DNA of 12,481 nucleotides from a virus (Duplodnaviria; Heunggongvirae; Uroviricota; Caudoviricetes): IMG/VR virus record IMGVR_UViG_2526164665_000018; one strand, 5' to 3'. Shown piece by piece: positions 8,230 to 12,481 of this stretch (position 1 is its first letter; each line of letters starts with the position of its first letter). The notes under the pieces were generated by a model. It saw only the letters and a program-made list of their open reading frames with translations, ran no database searches and was not told where the DNA came from. The position numbers and the translations under genes were made by a program.

Positions 8230-8279
8230 AGTGCGAAATAAATGGAGCTGGCATTCATTTCGCACTTTATGTTTTTGTT
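8230..8279. terminator. Perfect 10-bp inverted repeat hairpin (AGTGCGAAAT / ATTTCGCACT, 17-nt loop) followed by a T-rich run on the + strand
   Basis: Read directly from the sequence. It sits between the Q stub and the 3' end of the minus-strand lpxR-like gene. The U-rich tail is on the + strand, so it would mainly stop rightward transcription. Confidence 0.4.
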
Positions 8280-8308
8280 GGACTTATGTTATTTTGATTG
8301 AATTCAAT

Positions 8309-9271
8309 TCAGTTAAAAAAGAAGGTGATTGCTCCATTTATAAATGAATAGTCATCCCCTGTCTTGAATTCTGATGTTACTTTATTAAATGCTAGTGTGA
8401 AGGCTACAGGTGCATACCCAATTGTTGCGCCAACTTGATATTCATCAACAGTTTTGTTTAGCGATACTGTTGTTTGTTTCGTCTGTATTGTTTTTCCTTC
8501 GAGAGTATAGTTGCGATTGACATCTCGTCTTTCCATACCTGCAAAAATCTTGTATTTGAATCCGCTTGTATCGGACATATGCATTAAACCACGGGGAGCC
8601 AGCAGACCAAAGCCATTATCCGAATTGAAGGTTTTATCATTACCAATGGCAATGGTTGCGCCATATGCTACATATTGAAATAAGTTTCCAGTAACAGCAG
8701 AAACTTCAGGGTATAATCCAACATTAGCACCTAAAATATCCATACTTGGTGTCATGGATAGCATCCCTTTTACAGTATAACCGTAGCGATTCTCTATTTG
8801 ATCATCCCATGCATGATATTTTTCTGCCCCAATAATCTCATGAGCTTTATTTTGTACTTTCTGACCGCCTGCGTCGGGGCCAACAACACCTATGTCAGTA
8901 CCTAATCGATAGCGAATCCAGTCATTCGCAAGGGAGTTCCATTCAATACCAGTGTGAGTGTATGCACTAAAAGCTCTGTCTCCAGTTACAGCTGTGTTGT
9001 GTCTTTTATTACTGCCTGATGGAGAGTAAATATCTTGCGCAATATGGAGAGATAATTGGCTCGAGTCTGAGATATCGTGGCTATATCCCAGAAATAAGCC
9101 TTGTGAGTAATCATCTCTGTTTTCATGTTTATTGCCATAAATATCATTAAGTATTGGTTGAAACTTCCCTGCATCATCATTTGCTAATGATAATGCAAGG
9201 CTGTTCGCGATAGCTGAACACGTGGTAAATGACAGAGCAATAAAGACGCCAGCGATGACACTTTTTTTCAT
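8309..9271 (-). CDS. lpxR: Outer-membrane lipid A 3'-O-deacylase, LpxR-like; prophage moron
   Basis: 320-aa ORF with an N-terminal signal peptide (MKKSVIAGVFIALSFTTCSAIA) and C-terminal aromatic residues (...ITFFFN). Matches my recollection of the LpxR family, which has a known prophage-encoded O157 orthologue. Opposite strand and lower GC than the phage backbone. Confidence 0.7.
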   Translation of the reverse strand: MKKSVIAGVFIALSFTTCSAIANSLALSLANDDAGKFQPILNDIYGNKHENRDDYSQGLFLGYSHDISDSSQLSLHIAQDIYSPSGSNKRHNTAVTGDRAFSAYTHTGIEWNSLANDWIRYRLGTDIGVVGPDAGGQKVQNKAHEIIGAEKYHAWDDQIENRYGYTVKGMLSMTPSMDILGANVGLYPEVSAVTGNLFQYVAYGATIAIGNDKTFNSDNGFGLLAPRGLMHMSDTSGFKYKIFAGMERRDVNRNYTLEGKTIQTKQTTVSLNKTVDEYQVGATIGYAPVAFTLAFNKVTSEFKTGDDYSFINGAITFFFN

Positions 9272-9660
9272 ATGTTATTGTCTTCCTTTTTTTGAATGGT
9301 GCGCGTATTTTACATACATGAGTTTGTAATACAAGGTGCGTAATCAATATGATGTTTTATAATTGCGTGAGACAATTGATTTATTCGTTTTTTATTGCGG
9401 TTTTTATTATCTTTTAATGTAACGGTGTTTTTATTAAGTGTGTTTGCGTGGTGTTTTATGTTTTTTATAATTTTTATTTTATTAAATTTAAAAGCATTAG
9501 TAATGGCTATTCTATATAGCAATATAAGAACTGTTACAAAAAAAGGGGGGGCAATTACAGGTAGTTATGGATGATGAGTGAAACAGATATTGGAGAACCG
9601 GGGAATGAATGATGTCTGAGTCTTATATATCAGAACTCCTTCGCTGTCGCTGGGGGCTCC
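9272..9660. promoter_or_regulatory. AT-rich divergent intergenic region upstream of lpxR-like and the Q-like gene; contains an A7G7 homopolymer pair
   Basis: Very AT-rich with repeated GTTTTTATT-like motifs (9390..9480), typical of curved, H-NS-silenced DNA. A7 at 9538..9544 abuts G7 at 9545..9551. No specific -35/-10 assigned. Confidence 0.4.
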
Positions 9661-9661
9661 T

Positions 9662-10435
9662 GTGCTTATGTCGTTTCCCCGATTCGGTTTTGAACGATTA
9701 CCGAATGTTGAAGAATTATGCCAAAATATAGAAAGGATTTACTGCATGAATACCCAATATTTACAGTATGTTCGTGAGCAACTTATGGCAGCTACTGCTG
9801 ACTTGAACGGAGCAACGAAAGGCCAGCTCGAAGCCTGGCAGGAGCATGCACAATTTGATACTGGTACATACAAACGAAAGAAGCCGCGCATTCTGGATGT
9901 GGTAACTGGCAAGATGATTACGCTGGATAATACGCCGACTTCCGGTAAGCAGTCGTACGCAAAAGGTTCATCCATTGCTTTGGTCAGCCCGGTTGAATTC
10001 TCAACCTCTTCATGGCGCCGCGCGGTTTTGTCTCTCGATGAACATCAGAAAGCATGGTTGCTTTGGTGTTACAGCGAAAGCGTTCGATGGGGGCATCAGG
10101 TCACCATAACGCAATGGGCATGGAGCGAGTTTAAAGATTTGTTAAGTAACAGAAAAATTGCAGGTAAGACACTGGATCGCCTGAAGACGTTAATCTGGCT
10201 GGCTGCACAGGATGTGAAGAGCGAACTTGCAGGGCGTGAGGCCTATGAATACCAGACACTGGCATCATTGGTGGGAGTGACAACAAAAAACTGGTCCGAG
10301 ACATTTACTGAACGCTGGGTTGCAATGAAGCACATTTTTCTACAGCTTGATAGTGATGCTTTATTGCTTGTGACGAGAACACGTTCAAAACAAAAGGCAG
10401 CATTTTTACAGCAAAATATTGCAAAACTGGATTAA
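9662..10435 (+). CDS. Putative late-gene antiterminator Q-like protein (non-lambda type); start uncertain (GTG 9662, ATG 9668 or ATG 9746)
   Basis: Occupies the Q position after the nin genes. Its 3' end overlaps a near-consensus sigma70 promoter that is followed within ~50 nt by an intrinsic terminator, the pR'/tR' arrangement of lambdoid phages. No zinc-finger motif, so not lambda-Q type. Family assignment not verified. Confidence 0.55.
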   Translation: MLMSFPRFGFERLPNVEELCQNIERIYCMNTQYLQYVREQLMAATADLNGATKGQLEAWQEHAQFDTGTYKRKKPRILDVVTGKMITLDNTPTSGKQSYAKGSSIALVSPVEFSTSSWRRAVLSLDEHQKAWLLWCYSESVRWGHQVTITQWAWSEFKDLLSNRKIAGKTLDRLKTLIWLAAQDVKSELAGREAYEYQTLASLVGVTTKNWSETFTERWVAMKHIFLQLDSDALLLVTRTRSKQKAAFLQQNIAKLD

Positions 10436-10447
10436 AAGCCATATACT
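10419..10447 (+). promoter_or_regulatory. pR'-like late promoter: -35 TTGCAA (10419..10424), 17-bp spacer, -10 TATACT (10442..10447)
   Basis: Hexamers and spacing read directly from the sequence. The promoter overlaps the stop of the Q-like gene (10433..10435); predicted start near 10454. Confidence 0.5.
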
Positions 10448-10480
10448 TCATGCAAATTTGGTATGTTGTAAAAAATGTAT

Positions 10481-10506
10481 AAACCCGCTGCCGAGTGGGT
10501 TTTTTT
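10481..10506 (+). terminator. tR'-like intrinsic terminator (hairpin aaacccgc-tgccga-gtgggttt, then a T7 run)
   Basis: GC-rich stem followed by a U tract ~50 nt downstream of the predicted late-promoter start, giving a short leader RNA analogous to lambda 6S RNA. Confidence 0.55.
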
Positions 10507-10603
10507 ATGCCCTGAGTTGTACTTGTACGGTAAACATGCTGGCTGCTATGTAATAGAGTTTTTTTAGCCTGTAACCTCTTGACGGCATTGAATTGCTTTT
10601 GTT

Positions 10604-10879
10604 ATGAGTTGTAAGCCAATGTTATCATCTTGTATTGGGGTGGTTATGAAGGATGGTGCGCTGCTCAGGAGTTCTTCACTTTTTATTGCCTACATGGGAT
10701 GCCTTGGATGGGGGAGTGCTTATTTCTATGGATGGGGTACTTCTTTTTACTACGGCTTCCCATGGTGGATTGTAGGTGCAGGTGTTGATGATGTTGCCAG
10801 AAGTTTATTTTTGCAGTTATCGTCATTGCTATATTTCTTATCGGTTGGGGTATTGGTGTTGTATTCTTTTTCGCAGTGA
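10604..10879 (+). CDS. Hypothetical small integral membrane protein (aromatic/Gly-rich, about 2 transmembrane segments); start may be ATG 10646
   Basis: 91-aa ORF in markedly AT-rich DNA, where a long open frame is unlikely by chance. Hydrophobic. Its stop overlaps the next ORF start (GTGA). Confidence 0.5.
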   Translation: MSCKPMLSSCIGVVMKDGALLRSSSLFIAYMGCLGWGSAYFYGWGTSFYYGFPWWIVGAGVDDVARSLFLQLSSLLYFLSVGVLVLYSFSQ

Positions 10880-11361
10880 AAAGAAAACATTCTATGCAAG
10901 AGCTAAATGTATTTCGCCTTTATTTTGCTGTGGAATTATTGTTTGTGCCGGCAATTATTGAGTTTTCTATATTGAGACAGAAGATTCAGGTACCTCTTTT
11001 GCTACTGTCAGCAGCGATTGCGCTGGCGGTTACAATTTCGATAAGATCTTATGGGCGATTTTTATCGGTATCATGCTTCTATGATAAGCCATTTATAAAA
11101 AAACATTTTTTTGAGATTGTGATGATTGCTTTTGTGGCATATTTTTGGCTTTTTTCATTTCTGACAGGATATTACAAACCACAGTTTAAGAAAGAATATG
11201 AAATGATTAATTATAATGATGGTTGGTATTATGTTCTTGCTCGTTATGATAATTGTCTGGTTTTGTCTACTTCTTTCAATGCAGGTAGTAAAAGGTTTGT
11301 CATTTATCAATCAGCACAAGATAAGAATCTTCAGGTTGATATTGTAAGGACCAGAATTTAA
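10876..11361 (+). CDS. Hypothetical membrane protein (161 aa; N-terminal transmembrane helices, C-terminal soluble segment); start GTG 10876 or ATG 10894
   Basis: 161-codon ORF in AT-rich DNA, translationally coupled to the upstream ORF. No family recognised. Confidence 0.55.
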   Translation: MKRKHSMQELNVFRLYFAVELLFVPAIIEFSILRQKIQVPLLLLSAAIALAVTISIRSYGRFLSVSCFYDKPFIKKHFFEIVMIAFVAYFWLFSFLTGYYKPQFKKEYEMINYNDGWYYVLARYDNCLVLSTSFNAGSKRFVIYQSAQDKNLQVDIVRTRI

Positions 11362-11494
11362 TTGGCTGCATAAATAATATTTTAAGTTGCAAGTTGGCTA
11401 TTCGTAGGAATAGAACCTTAGGCATGCTGAATGCGTTTTCTGAACATTGTTTTATAAACTGTGTCTGCTTGCTGTTGTGATCCTGCTTTTAGTG

Positions 11495-11605
11495 ATGGTG
11501 ATGATGGATTTCACCAGCAGGATAATGTTGGTACTGACTGATGGCGCTCTGGTCTGCGGCATTGTGGTATTGCTGTGGCCGATGATGAAAGAACAGAATG
11601 AATAA
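11495..11605 (+). CDS. Candidate 36-aa hydrophobic peptide (MVMMDFTSRIMLVLTDGALVCGIVVLLWPMMKEQNE)
   Basis: Short ORF with one predicted transmembrane helix in an otherwise non-coding interval. No clear Shine-Dalgarno motif; below the ORF-track threshold. Confidence 0.25.
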   Translation: MVMMDFTSRIMLVLTDGALVCGIVVLLWPMMKEQNE

Positions 11606-11790
11606 TTCTTGACTTTTTTGTTTACTGTTTATTAAAAAATCAACCGCATGGTGAATCCTCCTTGGAGGGGCTAAATGATCGAGTTTTAAGGGCACGTAGC
11701 GAGTTCTGTTTGATCATTGCAGAACTTAGCGGGAGGCGCCATGCGTACATCACTAGTGTTATTCCTTTTATCATTTTCCTTGTGAGTTCT

Positions 11791-11817
11791 GGCTGCGCAT
11801 TGCGCAGCCTTTTTTTT
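11791..11817 (+). terminator. Strong rho-independent terminator (GGCTGCG-cattg-CGCAGCC followed by T8)
   Basis: Perfect GC-rich inverted repeat at 11791..11809 followed by tttttttt at 11810..11817, about 85 bp upstream of the esterase gene start. Confidence 0.65.
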
Positions 11818-11903
11818 ATGACCTGCCACTGGCAGATGGTCATCCTGTGATTTGATTCCGCTTCCGGCTTTTTAACTCTGTTCCTCTACACGGGAGAAAT
11901 TCG

Positions 11904-12481
11904 ATGTCGATTAAACATTACGATGTTGTCAGGGCGGCGTCGCCGTCAGACCTTGCGGAAAAGCTGACACACAAACTGAAAGAGGGCTGGCAGCCATACG
12001 GCGGACCGGTTGCCATTACGCCGTACACACTGATGCAGGCGGTGGCTATTGAAGGAGAGCCACAGGTCGGCCCTTCATCTGAGCCGGATTGGTACTACGT
12101 CATCGTACTGGCCGGGCAATCCAATGCCATGGCTTACGGTGAAGGGCTTACGGTGAAGGGCTTCCGCTGCCGGATTCATACGATGCTCCGGATCCGCGCA
12201 TTAAACAGCTGGCGCGCCGCAGTACAGTGACGCCGGGCGGGGCTGCCTGCAGATATAACGATATTATTCCGGCTGACCACTGTCTGCATGATGTGCAGGA
12301 TATGAGTACGCTGAATCATCCGAGGGCTGACCTGAGCAAAGGGCAGTACGGCTGTGTCGGCCAGGGTTTACATATTGCCAAAAAACTGCTCCCGTATATC
12401 CCGAATAACGCGGGGATCCTGCTGGTACCATGCTGTCGTGGTGGTTCGGCATTTACCCAGGGTCGCGGAGGGGACAGTTCA
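11904..12481 (+). pseudogene. nanS-p: 5' part of a prophage sialate O-acetylesterase-like gene (NanS-p-like: DUF1737 N-domain plus SGNH/SASA hydrolase), disrupted by a 14-bp tandem duplication; continues past the window end
   Basis: N-terminus MSIKHYDVVRAASPSDLAEKLTHKLKEGW... with the hydrolase motif LAGQSNAMAYGEG. Tandem repeat gcttacggtgaagg x2 at 12132..12159 shifts the frame, giving a stop at 12230. The +2 frame from 12161 stays open to 12481. GGGAGA Shine-Dalgarno-like motif precedes the ATG. Confidence 0.65.

Noticed and set aside
8986-9180. 64-aa minus-strand ORF in an alternate frame inside the lpxR-like gene
   Set aside because: Same strand but different frame from the 320-aa gene; no support.
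9310-9522. 70-aa minus-strand ORF in the AT-rich lpxR upstream region
   Set aside because: Low-complexity, Lys/Asn/Ile-rich translation of AT-rich promoter DNA; more likely regulatory sequence.
9739-9975. 78-aa minus-strand ORF antisense to the Q-like gene
   Set aside because: Antisense overlap with a longer ORF that has strong contextual support.
10776-10961. 61-aa ORF in a third frame overlapping the two membrane-protein ORFs
   Set aside because: Cys-rich, overlaps both longer ORFs, no independent signal.
11489-11850. ORFs 11489..11695 (-), 11640..11843 (-) and 11662..11850 (+) in the interval before the esterase gene
   Set aside because: They read through a strong terminator hairpin and have odd composition (for example a His5 run); the + ORF relies on a TTG start. 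They were considered as a frameshifted small lipoprotein (LVSSGC motif) but that is not convincing.
10440-11900. Looked for tRNA genes and stx genes downstream of Q, as in Stx phages
   Set aside because: No tRNA-like conserved motifs or cloverleaf-length structures, and no ORF resembling stx A/B subunits, were seen by eye.
12264-12452. 62-aa minus-strand ORF near the window end
   Set aside because: Antisense to the open esterase reading frame that continues to the window end.
1-12481. CRISPR array or rRNA
   Set aside because: No regularly spaced direct repeats or rRNA-like sequence seen; the only repeats are the IS copies, the ori iterons and the 14-bp tandem duplication.

Overview
This window is a mosaic lambdoid prophage segment running from the early-right operon into the late-gene switch, on the + strand throughout: cII (5'-truncated) - O - P - ren - accessory insert - ninB - ninE - (IS-split ORF) - ninF - roi-like - ybcO-like - rusA - ninH - lambda-type Q stub - lpxR-like moron (minus strand) - alternative Q-like gene with a pR'-like promoter and tR'-like terminator - AT-rich membrane-protein cassette - 5' end of a nanS-p-like esterase gene. 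Two identical IS3-family (IS629/IS1203-like) elements sit in inverted orientation at 1..1301 and 4867..6176. The IS629, lpxR and nanS-p content suggests an EHEC O157-like E. coli host, though all homology calls are made from memory without a database search. The prophage looks degraded: cII is cut by an IS, O is frameshifted at the ori iterons, a nin-region ORF is split by the second IS, the lambda-type Q is reduced to a 20-codon stub, and the esterase gene carries a 14-bp tandem duplication. The best candidates for undescribed biology are the AT-rich two-gene membrane cassette at 10604..11361 (the slot where Stx phages carry stx) and the ~620-bp insert between ren and ninB; neither could be assigned a function. 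No tRNA, rRNA, CRISPR array or stx gene was seen.
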